DNA from: Spirochaetia bacterium
Lineage (GTDB): Bacteria > Spirochaetota > Spirochaetia > SZUA-6 > Bin103
Direction: 5' to 3'
Length of the DNA: 64,000 bases
Assembly: GCA_965199955.1 (NCBI GenBank)
Contig: CBDATQ010000001.1
Span: 1,184,001 to 1,248,000, forward strand
The first letter of the stretch is position 1. The number at the start of each line of letters is the position of its first letter. A model generated the notes under the pieces. The model did not search any database. It saw nothing but the letters and a program-made list of their open reading frames with translations, and was not told the DNA's origin. The position numbers were made by a program, and so were the translations under genes. Below are positions 29,094 to 39,112 of the stretch, piece by piece.

Positions 29094-31086
29094 CCGAAGT
29101 TCCAGAGCGTGAATCTCTCGTAATTTCATTGACAGAAAATTAGTTGCAAGGTGATCTGCGTGCTGATTGGCGTCGTTTCGTGTCCATGCAGATGGTGGTG
29201 AATAGCGGCGAGATACATGCTATTTGATCTTGACATATCGTGATTTGTGTGCATGCTGTTGCCACAGATCGGTAGTCATGTACATCGAGTCTGTCCCCAA
29301 CCGCTCCTCTCCCCCTGCCATCCTGCTCCGCGAGTCCTACCGCGAGCACGGCAAGGTCAAGAAGCGCACGCTCGCGAACCTCTCCAAATGGCCCCCTGAT
29401 CTGGTCGACGGCTTGCGCACCCTGCTCAAGGGCGGCCACGCCTTCGCCTCGGTCTCGGATGCGTTGCTGCTCACGCGCTCGCTGCCCCACGGCCACGTCG
29501 CCGCCGTGCTGGGCATCCTCAAGCAGCTCGGACTCCATACCCTCATCGCCCGCAAGGCCAGCCGCTCGCGCGAGCTGATCATCGCCATGATCACCGCCCG
29601 CGTCATCGACGCGCAGTCCAAACTGGCCACCGCCCGCGCGCTCTCACCGCCCAGCGCCGTGTCCACCCTGGGCGAGTCGCTGCGGTTGGGGGAGGTCGAT
29701 GAGAACGAGCTCTACGAGGCGATGGACTGGTTGGTCGGGCGCCAGGCGGCGATCGAGGACCGCCTGGCCGAACAGCACCTCAGCGAGCACACGCTGGTGC
29801 TCTACGACGTGAGCTCGACCTACTTCGAGGGCAGCCACTGCGAGCTGGCGCAGTTGGGACACAGCCGTGACGGCAAGTCGGGCACGCTGCAGATCGTGTT
29901 CGGGCTGCTGTGCACCCAGGAAGGCTGTCCGGTGGCGGTGGAGGTATTCCCTGGCTCTACCGCCGACCCGAAGACGGTGAGCGCGCAGGTGGACAAGATC
30001 CGCACCCGCTTCGGACTCACGCGGGTGGTGCTGGTCGGCGACCGCGGGATGCTGAGCGCGGCGAGGATCCGCGAGGACCTGCAAGAGGTGGAGGGGCTGC
30101 GCTGGATCACCACGCTGCGCGCGCCGACGATCCGCAAGCTGGTGGCCGCCGGCGAGGTGGCGCCGTCGTTGTTCGACGAGCGCGACCTGGCCGAGATCAC
30201 CAGCGAGGAGTTTCCGGGCGAGCGGCTGATCGTGTGCCGCAACCCGTTGCTGGCCGACGAACGGGAGCGCAAGCGCCAGGAGCTGCTACAGGCCACCGAG
30301 CAGAAGCTGGCCCCGATCGCTCAGGCCACCCAGCGCGTCCATCAGCCGCTACGGGGCGAGGCCGAGATCGGCATGCGGGTCGGCAAGGTGATCAATCACT
30401 ACAAGGTGGGCAAGCACTTCGTGACCGAGATCACCTCCGAGTCGTTCAGCTTTCGGCGCGATGAGGCCAAGATCGACGCCGAGCAGGCGCTGGACGGGCT
30501 GTACATCGTGCGCAGCAACGTGGAGCCGCAGGTGCTCGACGCGGCGCAGACGGTGCGCGCCTACAAGGGGCTGTCGAAGGTGGAGCGGGCGTTTCGGTGC
30601 ATGAAGTCCGTGGACCTGAAGGTGCGCCCGATTCACCACCGGCGCGCCGATCGGGTGCGGGCGCACGTGCTGCTGTGCATGCTGGCCTACTACGTGGAGT
30701 GGCACATGCGGCGCTCGCTGGCGCCGTTGCTGTTCGACGATCACGATCGACAGGGCGCCGAGCGCAAGCGGGTCTCCGAAGTGGCGCCGGCGCAGCGATC
30801 GGCGGCCGCGGCGGCCAAGGCGTCGAGCAAGCGCACCGAGGACGGGCTGCCGGTGCACAGCTTTCGGACGTTGATCGACGAACTGGGCACCCTGACGGCG
30901 AACACGATGCGAATCGCCGACGGCGAAAGCACATTCACGCTGCACACGCACCCGACGCCGGTTCAGCAGCGCTGTTTCGAGCTGCTTGGGGTCACGCCCC
31001 GCATGTAGCCATGCACAGGAACCTGCACCATTGAGAAACTACCCTGACCACAAGGACTTCAGGCAATTTCGCTCCTGGAACTTCGG
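29094..31086 (+). mobile_element. IS1634-family insertion sequence, intact copy
   Basis: Terminal IRs CCGAAGTTCCAG(-/G)AGCG at 29094 and ending at 31086; 6-bp target duplication CCTAAT at 29088-29093 and 31087-31092. Confidence 0.92.
29278..31008 (+). CDS. IS1634-family DDE transposase
   Basis: MYIESVPNR...LLRESYRE.GKVKKRTLANLS, LYDVSSTYFEG, GHSRDGK, VGDRGM, VERAFR.MK, RVRAHVLLCMLAY. Confidence 0.93.
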   Translation: MYIESVPNRSSPPAILLRESYREHGKVKKRTLANLSKWPPDLVDGLRTLLKGGHAFASVSDALLLTRSLPHGHVAAVLGILKQLGLHTLIARKASRSRELIIAMITARVIDAQSKLATARALSPPSAVSTLGESLRLGEVDENELYEAMDWLVGRQAAIEDRLAEQHLSEHTLVLYDVSSTYFEGSHCELAQLGHSRDGKSGTLQIVFGLLCTQEGCPVAVEVFPGSTADPKTVSAQVDKIRTRFGLTRVVLVGDRGMLSAARIREDLQEVEGLRWITTLRAPTIRKLVAAGEVAPSLFDERDLAEITSEEFPGERLIVCRNPLLADERERKRQELLQATEQKLAPIAQATQRVHQPLRGEAEIGMRVGKVINHYKVGKHFVTEITSESFSFRRDEAKIDAEQALDGLYIVRSNVEPQVLDAAQTVRAYKGLSKVERAFRCMKSVDLKVRPIHHRRADRVRAHVLLCMLAYYVEWHMRRSLAPLLFDDHDRQGAERKRVSEVAPAQRSAAAAAKASSKRTEDGLPVHSFRTLIDELGTLTANTMRIADGESTFTLHTHPTPVQQRCFELLGVTPRM

Positions 31087-31117
31087 CCTAATGAATTTAT
31101 CAAAATTGGGGCGGTTT

Positions 31118-32187
31118 ATGACAGGGCAAGACCGGCTCTTCGAGCCGGTCGTACAACGGTCGGGGTGGATCGATCTCGATGAATCAACATTCGAGTTCCT
31201 TGCGCGCGGCGGCAGACATGAGGCTTCAGAGATCCGAGATTGGATGGAAGAGGAGTGGAGCGAGATCCCCTGTTGCCGCAGGACGGACTTAGGGATAGGG
31301 AACCGTCTAAAGTCCAAGAAATTCAAGCAATATTGAGGCGTACTTCGAGCTTCAGGTTCATCATCTGCTCCGGCGTCTGGGCCTCGAAATCGACATCGAG
31401 CCATCACTTGCTGGGACAGACAAGACCGTTGACTTTCGGTGTACAGCGCTTGGCACCCTCTCTTTTTTGTAGAAGCCACGGTGAGCGGGTTGAATAGGCT
31501 GAGCGCGAACCAGAATCTGGAAGATGTGAGGAGAAAGATCACAAAGGGTGTGGCGCATTCTCACTCGCATGTGGATCTGGAGGTCGAAGGAAGGCTCGAG
31601 ACGACCCTTTCGAGAGAGCGTTTCGTGAGTCCTATCCTCGATCTGTTGAACAAGTGCCCCGCAGATGAAGTGCTACGGCGCGAGAGTGTTCGCATATCGG
31701 GAGGCCAAGCTTGCGCCCCGATTGCTATCGTATCGGAAGGAGCCTGGAAACTGACAACAAAGCTGCGTGTCTTCGCGCCAGAAACAGTCGGTCGCGTCCG
31801 GGGGCCAATAGAGGTAGACGATGTGGCTGTCGAGTGTCGATGAGGCAAAACTTGAAAACGAAAGCGTCGCACTGGCGAAGCTTGGGGCGGAAGGATGAGG
31901 TTGCTATCATCGCGATCAACGCCTGTCATAGGCTCTTCGGTTCCCAAGAGCTGGAAGAGGAGGTCGGGAGAGTGATCTACAACGACTTCAGCGGGACCGT
32001 GACCGGCTTGGATTTCGCTCATCTCTTTCGAGATATCAATGGCGTTATCGTCTTCGACAATGCAACCCTCGGAAACGAGCGAACCGCCCATGTGAAACGT
32101 TATCGCAACGGACGAGAGCTGATTCCCGACTCCCTCGAGTCTCTGATGCACGGATGTAACTTGGGGACACTGATTGGACTGCGGTAG
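31118..32187 (+). pseudogene. Frameshifted lower-GC gene with a PD-(D/E)XK-like nuclease signature
   Basis: Consecutive pieces in different frames: MTGQDRLFE...KFKQY*, AYFELQVHHLLRRLG...EP...KTVDF, FFVEATVSG..., and ...KASHW...IIAIN...; visibly more AT-rich than its flanks. Confidence 0.55.
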
Positions 32188-32319
32188 TCTTCCGGAGACA
32201 GCGTGACCGGTTCGGAGGCGATCGATCGATCGATGATCTGAGCGGCCTCAGGTACTTGACCGGGGTCGTTGCGACCGCAACGTGCGAGCTGTTCTGTCGT
32301 GCCCGGGCCGTCCGCTAAG

Positions 32320-33837
32320 CCGAAGTTCCAGAGCGTGAATCTCTCGTAACTTCATTGACAGAAATTAGTGCAAGGTGATCTGCGTGCTGACTGGCGTCGT
32401 TTCGTGTCCATGTAGTTGGGGTGAATAGCGGCGAAGGACATGCTATCTGATCTTTACATATCGTGATTTGGGTGCATGCTGTTGCCACAGATCGGTAGTC
32501 AGGTACATCGAGTCCGTCCCCAACCGCTCCTCTCCCCCTCCATCCTGCTCCGCGAGTCCTGCCGCGAGCACGGCAAGCTCAAGAAGCGCACGCTCGCGAA
32601 CCTCTCCACATGGCCCCCTGATCTGGTCGACGGCTTGCGCACCCTGCTCAAGGGCGGCCACGCCTTCGCCTCGGTCTCGGATCCGTTGCTGCTCACGCCG
32701 CTCGCTGCCCCACGGCCACCTCGCCGCCGTGCTGGGCATCCTCAAGCAGCTCGGGCTCCATACCCTCATCGCCGGCAAGACCAGCCGCTCGCGCGAGTGG
32801 TCATCGCCATGATCACCGCCCGCGTCATCGACGCTCAGTCCAAGCTGGCCACCGCCCGCGCGCTGTCACCGCCCAGCGCCGTGTCCACCCTGGGCGAGTC
32901 GCTGCGGCTGGGGGAGGTCGATGAGAACGAGCTCTACGAGGCGATGGACTGGTTGGTCGGGCGCCAGGCGGCGATCGAGGACCGCCTGGCCGAACAGCAC
33001 CTCAGCGAGCACACGCTGGTGCTCTACGACGTGAGCTCGACCTACTTCGAGGGCAGCCACTGCGAGCTGGCGCAGTTGGGACGCGGTGGACACGACGCTG
33101 CGAGCGCCGACGATCCGCACGCTGGTGGCCGCCGGTGAGGTGGCGCCGTCGTTGTTCGACGAGCGCGACCTGGCCGAGATCACCTCCGAGTCGTTCAGCT
33201 TTCACCGTGATGAGCACAAGATCGCCGCCGAGGCAGCGCTGGACGGGCTGTACATCGTGCGCAGCAACGTGGAGCCGCAGGTGCTCGACGCGGCGCAGAC
33301 GGTGCGCGCGCCTACAAGGGGCTGTCGAAGGTGGAGCGGGCGTTTCGGTGCATGAAGTCCGTGGTCCTGAAGGTGCGCCCGATTCATCACCGGCGCGCGG
33401 ATAGAGTGCGGGCGCACGTGCTGCTGTGCATGCTGGCCTACTACGTGGAGTGGCACATGCGCCGCTCGTTGGCGCCGTTGCTGTTCGACGATCACGATCG
33501 ACAGGGCGCCGAGCGCACGCGGGTCTCCGAAGTGGCGCCGGCGCAGCGATCGGCGGCCGCGGCGGCCAAGGCGTCGAGCAAGCGCACCGAGGACGGGCTG
33601 CCGGTGCACAGCTTTCGGACGTTGATCGACGAACTGGGCACCCTGACGGCGAACACGATGCGAATCGCCGACGGCGAAAGCACATTCACGCTGCACACGC
33701 ACCCGACGCCGGTTCAGCAGGGCTGTTTCGAGCTGCTTGGGATCACGCCCCGCATGTAGCCATGCAGAGGAACCTGCATCATTGAGAAACTACCCTGACT
33801 ACAAGGACTTCAGGCAATTTCGCTCCTGGAACTTCGG
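32320..33837 (+). mobile_element. IS1634-family element, degenerate second copy (start ATG changed to AGG, frameshifts, two ~235-bp deletions)
   Basis: Same IRs; near-identical to 29094-31086; flanked by GCTAAG and GCTAAA. Confidence 0.92.
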
Positions 33838-33868
33838 GCTAAACGCAGCCCGAGAGCGTTCGTCCTCC

Positions 33869-36800
33869 TCAAGCCGACAGGAGATCTGCCAATCGCTCAA
33901 GGGCGGCCTGCGCTTGGCGGTACCAGCAGTCGAAGGCTTCCCGCGCCTGCCGGGTGGGAGCGGCGTCGGCGCTCGCGACGACCGGCGCCAGGCTGGCGAT
34001 GCCTTCGAGCACGCCGCCCACGTGGTTGCGTGTCAGGTCGCCTGGTGGCACCACCCGGTGCAGGATGCGCTCGATCTCGTCCAGAGCTTCGGCAGGCGAT
34101 GTCTCCTGCTCGCGGCGGCGCTCGATCGCCGCGAGCGCCCCCATCACGTCCGCGATCGCGGCGCGGATCAGGATAAGGAGCTCCGTCTGCTCCTGGAGGT
34201 CCTCAGGGTCGGCGTCGACTCGCGGGTCGGACGTCACGTGCACGACGGTGGCGTCGCTGCTCCCGTCGGCGACCAGCTCGATGCGGTACTCGCCGGGGGC
34301 ACCCAGCGGCGCCACGCCGGTGTCGAACGGGTCGTCCCCGTGCGCTGATGTCGCGTAGGAGCTGTAGGTCAGATCCCAGATCAGGCGGGTGAGGCCGGCG
34401 GCGCAGGACAGATCGCCGGCGGTCGGGTCCGCGCCGTCGCTCGCGAACCGGCGGACCGGGCGCCCGCTGGGGTCGACGATGCGGATCGCGGCCGACCGGC
34501 AGCTTTCCGGCAGCCAGTAGTAGATCAGCGCGCCACGCGGGCGCGGGCTCCCCGAGTCCAGGAACTCGCGGCGGCCGTCGCCGGCGCACTCGTGCTCGAC
34601 GAAGGTGGCCTCCACGCCCAGCGAGCCGATCTGGTAGGTCTTCTGCGGGCCGGACCAGGGATCCCAGCCGACCTGCGGCAGCGTGCGCACCGCCGGGCGC
34701 GGCGTGACGAGCGCCGGCGTTGACCAAGCGGTCGCGCGACGCAGGGGGGTCAGATCGTCGAGGATCCAGAAGGAGCGGCCGTGCGAGGCCGCCACCAGGT
34801 CGCCTTGGTGGACGCGCAGGTCGTAGACGGGGACCGCAGGCAGCCGGCTCCAGCGCTCGGTCGCGTCGTTCATCCGGGTCCAGGACCCGCCGTCGTCGAG
34901 CGAGGCGTACGCGCCGGTCTCCGTGCCGCAGTACAGCAGTCCGGGGCGCTCCGGGTCGCAGCGGATCACGCGGGTGAAGTCGTCGGCCGGCAGGTCGCCG
35001 ACGATCGACTGCCATGACTCCCCGCCGTCGTCCGTGCGGTACAGCATCGGCCGCGTGTCGTCCAGGCGGTATCGCGTGGCGGCCAGATACCAGCGGTCGG
35101 CGTCGTGCGGGGAGGGCTCCAGGCAGAGGACGGACGACCATTCGGGCAGGTCGGCAGGTGTCGCCTCGTGCCAGCTCTCGCCGCCGTCGCGGGTTCGGTG
35201 CACGCGGCCGTCGTCCGAGCCGGCCCAGATCTCCCGCGGCCGCGCGAGCGACTCGGCCAGCGCGATGATCGTGCAGTACACGTCGGAGGCGCCCTCGCGG
35301 GTTATCGGGCCGCCGGAGGCGACCGTCCTGTCCGGGTCGTCGCGGGTGAGGTCGGGGCTGATCGGCTCCCAGCTTCCACCTTCGTCCGTGGAGCGGAAAA
35401 CCACGTTGCCGGCGGTCAGCAGCACGTCCGGGTCGTGGCGGGACGAGAGCACGGGAAAGGTCCAGTTGAAGCGGGTCGGCCACTCGGCCGGCGGGCTCGA
35501 TCCGTCCATCCCGGGCACGGGTGAGATCAGCCGAACCTGCCCACTGCGGTGGTCGTAGCGCATCAGGCTGCCCGGCCCGCCGGGACTGCTCCCGGTCGCT
35601 CCGGCGTAGACGATGTCGGGGTCGTCGCGCTTGACGGCGATATGGCCGCTCTCTGCGCTGCCGGTGGTGTAGCAGTCGGCCCAGCGGATCGCACCGTAGA
35701 CGCTGTCGGACGGCACGCTGACTGCGCTGGAGTCCTGCTGCGTGGCGTACACCCGGTAGGGGAAGCGGTCGTCCACCTCCATCCGGTAGTACTGCGCGGT
35801 GGGCTGATTGTAGATGCTGCTCCAGGTCTCGCCGCCGTCCAGGCTGACGGTGGCGCCGCCGTCGTTGCCCTCGATCATGCGCAGCGGGTTGGCGGGGTCG
35901 ATCCACAGGTCGTGGTCGTCGTGGTGAGGCGAGGAGATCACCTCGAAGGTGTGGCCGCCGTCGGTGGAGCGGTACAGCTTCTTGCAGAGCGACCACACCT
36001 GCTCGGGATCGGTGGGATGGGCGTAGACGTGGGTGAAGTAGAACGGCTTCTCCCGCAGCTCCGTGTCGTTCGTGACCATCTGCCACGACTCGCCGTCGTC
36101 GTCGCTGCGGTACAGGCCGCCGTCCGCCGCCTCGATCAGCGCCCAGACGCGGCCCGCCCGCGCCGGCGAGGCGGCGATGCCGACGCGGCCCAGGATGCCG
36201 CGCGGCAGTCCGGGCCGTCCGGTCAGCTCATCCCACGTGGCCCCGCCGTCGGTGGAGCGGAAGATGCCGGAGTCCGGCCCGCCGCTCCGGACGGTCCAGG
36301 GATTGCGGATCGTCTGCCAGAGCGCCGCGAACAGCACGTTCGGACGGTTCGGGTCGAGACAGAGGTCGCCGGCGCCGGCCTCCTCGCTGCGGTAGAGCAC
36401 CCGCTCCCAGGTGGCGCCGCCGTCGGCGGAACGGTACACGCCGCGCTCCGGGTTGCGGCCGAAGGCGCGGCCCAGCGCGGCCACGTACACGGTGTCGGGG
36501 TCCCGCGGATGCACGCGGATGCGGCTGATGTGGCGCGTGGCCTCCAGGCCCAGATGGCGCCACGACTCGCCGCCGTCGTCGCTGCGGTAGACGCCGTCGC
36601 CGTGGGTGACGTCGACCCGGATCTGCGTCTCGCCCATGCCGGCGTACACGGTGCGGTGCGCGGACGGCGCCACCGCGATGGCGCCGACCGACGCGGTACG
36701 GAAGAAGCCGTCGGAGACGTTGCGCCAGAAGCGTCCGGCGTCGGTGGTCTTCCAGACGCCGCCGGCGCAGGCGCCGAAGTAGAACACCAGCGGCTCGACG

Positions 36801-36892
36801 GGATCGCCGGCGACGGCCACAACACGGCCGCCGCGGTACGCGCCGATGGAGCGCCAGCGCATCGCCGCCAGCGCCCCAATAGCGTCGCTCAC
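33869..36892 (-). CDS. VPS10/BNR-repeat beta-propeller glycosyl hydrolase-like protein
   Basis: WRSIG..RGGR start; many S.DGG..W (BNR/Asp-box) repeats; GNDGG; QDS; HGRSFWILDD. Confidence 0.85.
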   Translation of the reverse strand: MSDAIGALAAMRWRSIGAYRGGRVVAVAGDPVEPLVFYFGACAGGVWKTTDAGRFWRNVSDGFFRTASVGAIAVAPSAHRTVYAGMGETQIRVDVTHGDGVYRSDDGGESWRHLGLEATRHISRIRVHPRDPDTVYVAALGRAFGRNPERGVYRSADGGATWERVLYRSEEAGAGDLCLDPNRPNVLFAALWQTIRNPWTVRSGGPDSGIFRSTDGGATWDELTGRPGLPRGILGRVGIAASPARAGRVWALIEAADGGLYRSDDDGESWQMVTNDTELREKPFYFTHVYAHPTDPEQVWSLCKKLYRSTDGGHTFEVISSPHHDDHDLWIDPANPLRMIEGNDGGATVSLDGGETWSSIYNQPTAQYYRMEVDDRFPYRVYATQQDSSAVSVPSDSVYGAIRWADCYTTGSAESGHIAVKRDDPDIVYAGATGSSPGGPGSLMRYDHRSGQVRLISPVPGMDGSSPPAEWPTRFNWTFPVLSSRHDPDVLLTAGNVVFRSTDEGGSWEPISPDLTRDDPDRTVASGGPITREGASDVYCTIIALAESLARPREIWAGSDDGRVHRTRDGGESWHEATPADLPEWSSVLCLEPSPHDADRWYLAATRYRLDDTRPMLYRTDDGGESWQSIVGDLPADDFTRVIRCDPERPGLLYCGTETGAYASLDDGGSWTRMNDATERWSRLPAVPVYDLRVHQGDLVAASHGRSFWILDDLTPLRRATAWSTPALVTPRPAVRTLPQVGWDPWSGPQKTYQIGSLGVEATFVEHECAGDGRREFLDSGSPRPRGALIYYWLPESCRSAAIRIVDPSGRPVRRFASDGADPTAGDLSCAAGLTRLIWDLTYSSYATSAHGDDPFDTGVAPLGAPGEYRIELVADGSSDATVVHVTSDPRVDADPEDLQEQTELLILIRAAIADVMGALAAIERRREQETSPAEALDEIERILHRVVPPGDLTRNHVGGVLEGIASLAPVVASADAAPTRQAREAFDCWYRQAQAALERLADLLSA

Positions 36893-38010
36893 CGCGCCGT
36901 GCCCGCTACCGTCGCGGCGCCGGCTTCCGAGCCGCCGGCTTCCGAGCCGCCGGCCACGATGCGTCGGGTGGCGTCGATCACCCGGTCGACCTGCGCGGGG
37001 CCGATGTGCCGGTTGACCACCAGGCGGATGCGGGTCGGCGGGCGCGAGCCGCCCAGCACGCCCTCGGCGCGGTAGCGGTCGAGCATCTCGTCGGCGGTCC
37101 AGCCCATGCCGCGCACGTCCACCACCGCGAAGTTGGTCGGGATCGGCGGTTCGACCACCTCGATGCCGTCGATGGTCCGCAGCCCGTCACGCAGCCGCGT
37201 GGCGTTCGCGTGATCCTCGGCCAGCCGGTCGATCATCTCCTGCAGGGAGAGGATGCCGGCGGCGGCGATCACGCCGGCCTGGCGCATCGAGCCGCCGTGG
37301 ATCTTGCGGGTGTCGCGAGCCGCCTCGATGAAGGCCGCCTCTCCGCACAGGATCGAGCCGACCGGAGCGGACAGCCCCTTGGAGACGCAGAACATCACCG
37401 AATCGACCTGCTCGACCAGCTCGGCGGCGGGCAGACCCTGGGCGACCGCGGCGTTGAAGAGCCGCGCGCCGTCGCAGTGCACGCGCATGCCGGCCGCGTG
37501 CGCGGCGCCGGCCACGGCGTTGACCTCCGCGGGCGTCACCGCGCCGCCGCCGGTGTAGTTGTGGGTGTTCTCGATGCAGAGCAGCAGCGGCTCAGCCTCC
37601 GGGTGGGCCGCGACCGCCTGTTGCACGTGATCGGGGGTGAGCACGCCCCACTCGGTCTCCACCGCGGCCGACTCGACGCCGAACAGCGCCCGCGCGAAGC
37701 GGTCGCGGTCGCTCGAGAACATGTGCGCGTGCGTCTCGTGCACGGCCAGCGCCCGCCGGCCGGCGCCGGAACGGCTGCCGATCTCCAGGTAGGTGATCAG
37801 GGCGGTGCTGTTGCCCATGCTGCCGCTGGGCACGTACACGGCCGCCTCCTTGCCGAGCCGTTCGGCGGCCATCGCCTCCAGTTGCTTGACGGTCGGATCG
37901 TCGCCGAAGGTGTCGTCGCCCACCTCGGCGGCGTGCATGGCCTGCCGCATCCGCGCGGTGGGGTGGGTGAGGGTGTCGCTGCGCAGGTCCACGGTCGGGT
38001 CGTCATTCAT
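36889..38010 (-). CDS. ltaE: Low-specificity L-threonine aldolase (beta-eliminating lyase family)
   Basis: DLRSDT.T.P, GDD..GDDP, PSGSMGN, IENTHN, HCDGARLFNA, SKGLSAPVGS, GG.MRQAG. Confidence 0.85.
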   Translation of the reverse strand: MNDDPTVDLRSDTLTHPTARMRQAMHAAEVGDDTFGDDPTVKQLEAMAAERLGKEAAVYVPSGSMGNSTALITYLEIGSRSGAGRRALAVHETHAHMFSSDRDRFARALFGVESAAVETEWGVLTPDHVQQAVAAHPEAEPLLLCIENTHNYTGGGAVTPAEVNAVAGAAHAAGMRVHCDGARLFNAAVAQGLPAAELVEQVDSVMFCVSKGLSAPVGSILCGEAAFIEAARDTRKIHGGSMRQAGVIAAAGILSLQEMIDRLAEDHANATRLRDGLRTIDGIEVVEPPIPTNFAVVDVRGMGWTADEMLDRYRAEGVLGGSRPPTRIRLVVNRHIGPAQVDRVIDATRRIVAGGSEAGGSEAGAATVAGTAR

Positions 38011-39020
38011 CGCATGCCTCCACAGGCGTCGATCAGCATTTCCTGCACGATCAGGTCGTGCTCGGGCGAGAAGCGCGGCTCGCGCTCCCCTCGGGCGACC
38101 TGGATCAGCTCTTCCAGGTCGCCGATGTAGCGCGGGCGGTGCTCCACCTCGATGTGCTGCCAGCCCTCCTGAAAGGGAGGCTTGGGCTCCCGCAGGCAGA
38201 GCTGGATGTGCGGGGGCTCGATCGGCTCCAGGATGGCGCTGCCGCCCAGCCCGTGCACCTCCACGCGGCGGTGCGGGCCGGCCTGCGTCTCCAGGGAGGT
38301 GCCCTCGATCACCGCCAGCGCCCCCTGCCCGGTGTAGTCGAAGACGATCACGCCCAGGTCGGTGCCGGCCGGCATCTCCTCGAATCCGCGCGCCGACGAG
38401 CGCAGGAAGGGATGGATGGCGTCCGCCTTGCCGAACATCCAGGCGACCTGGTCGACCAGGTGGCAGTTCTCCTCGATCATGATCCCGCCCTCGTAGCGGT
38501 GGAGCTGGTTGCGGTGGTAATATTCCGGCTCGCTGCCGGCCCGGAAGCGGGCGAAGTTCACGCGGCCCAGCAGGCCGTCGCGCACCCAACCCTGGATCAT
38601 CTCCAGGCCCGGGTTGTAGCGCCACTGGTAGCCCATCTGGATGCAGAGCCCGGACCTGCCGGCCAGCTCGTAGAGCTCGCGCAGCTCTTCCACGGAGGTG
38701 CCCGGCGGCTTGTCCAGGTGGATGTGCTTGCCCGCCTCGACGGCGCGCCGCGCCCACGGGATGCACTCCCAGGGCCAGGTCTCGATGAAGACGACGGCGA
38801 TCGTGTCGTCGGCCAGGATCTCGTCGGGATCGTCGATGAAGCGCACGCCGCTCCAGATCTCGCGCCCGCCGCGCGCGGCCAGCATCTGCGGGTCCGGCTC
38901 GTGCACGCCGACCAGCTCGGCGTCGAGCCGGCGCAGCACCGGCTGCGAGTCGGGATCCATCACCTTGGTGGCGTGGGTGTGGGCGATGCCGATCTGTCCG
39001 ATGCGCAGCGTCTGCGCCAT
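38007..39020 (-). CDS. Gfo/Idh/MocA family oxidoreductase
   Basis: RBS AGGAGG; IGQIGIAH, GKHIHLDKP, GYQWRYNP, CHLVD. Confidence 0.85.
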   Translation of the reverse strand: MAQTLRIGQIGIAHTHATKVMDPDSQPVLRRLDAELVGVHEPDPQMLAARGGREIWSGVRFIDDPDEILADDTIAVVFIETWPWECIPWARRAVEAGKHIHLDKPPGTSVEELRELYELAGRSGLCIQMGYQWRYNPGLEMIQGWVRDGLLGRVNFARFRAGSEPEYYHRNQLHRYEGGIMIEENCHLVDQVAWMFGKADAIHPFLRSSARGFEEMPAGTDLGVIVFDYTGQGALAVIEGTSLETQAGPHRRVEVHGLGGSAILEPIEPPHIQLCLREPKPPFQEGWQHIEVEHRPRYIGDLEELIQVARGEREPRFSPEHDLIVQEMLIDACGGMR

Positions 39021-39112
39021 GGGTACCTCCTGCGTACGGCTCGCAGTGTACGACACCTCGGGAGTGCCCCGCGCGTGCGCCCACCCTGTCGCGTATGATC
39101 GGGACGACGACG

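Noticed and set aside
29094..33837. Composite transposon formed by the two IS1634 copies
   Set aside because: Each copy has its own flanking duplication and the outer flanks (CCTAAT vs GCTAAA) do not match, so they were inserted separately.
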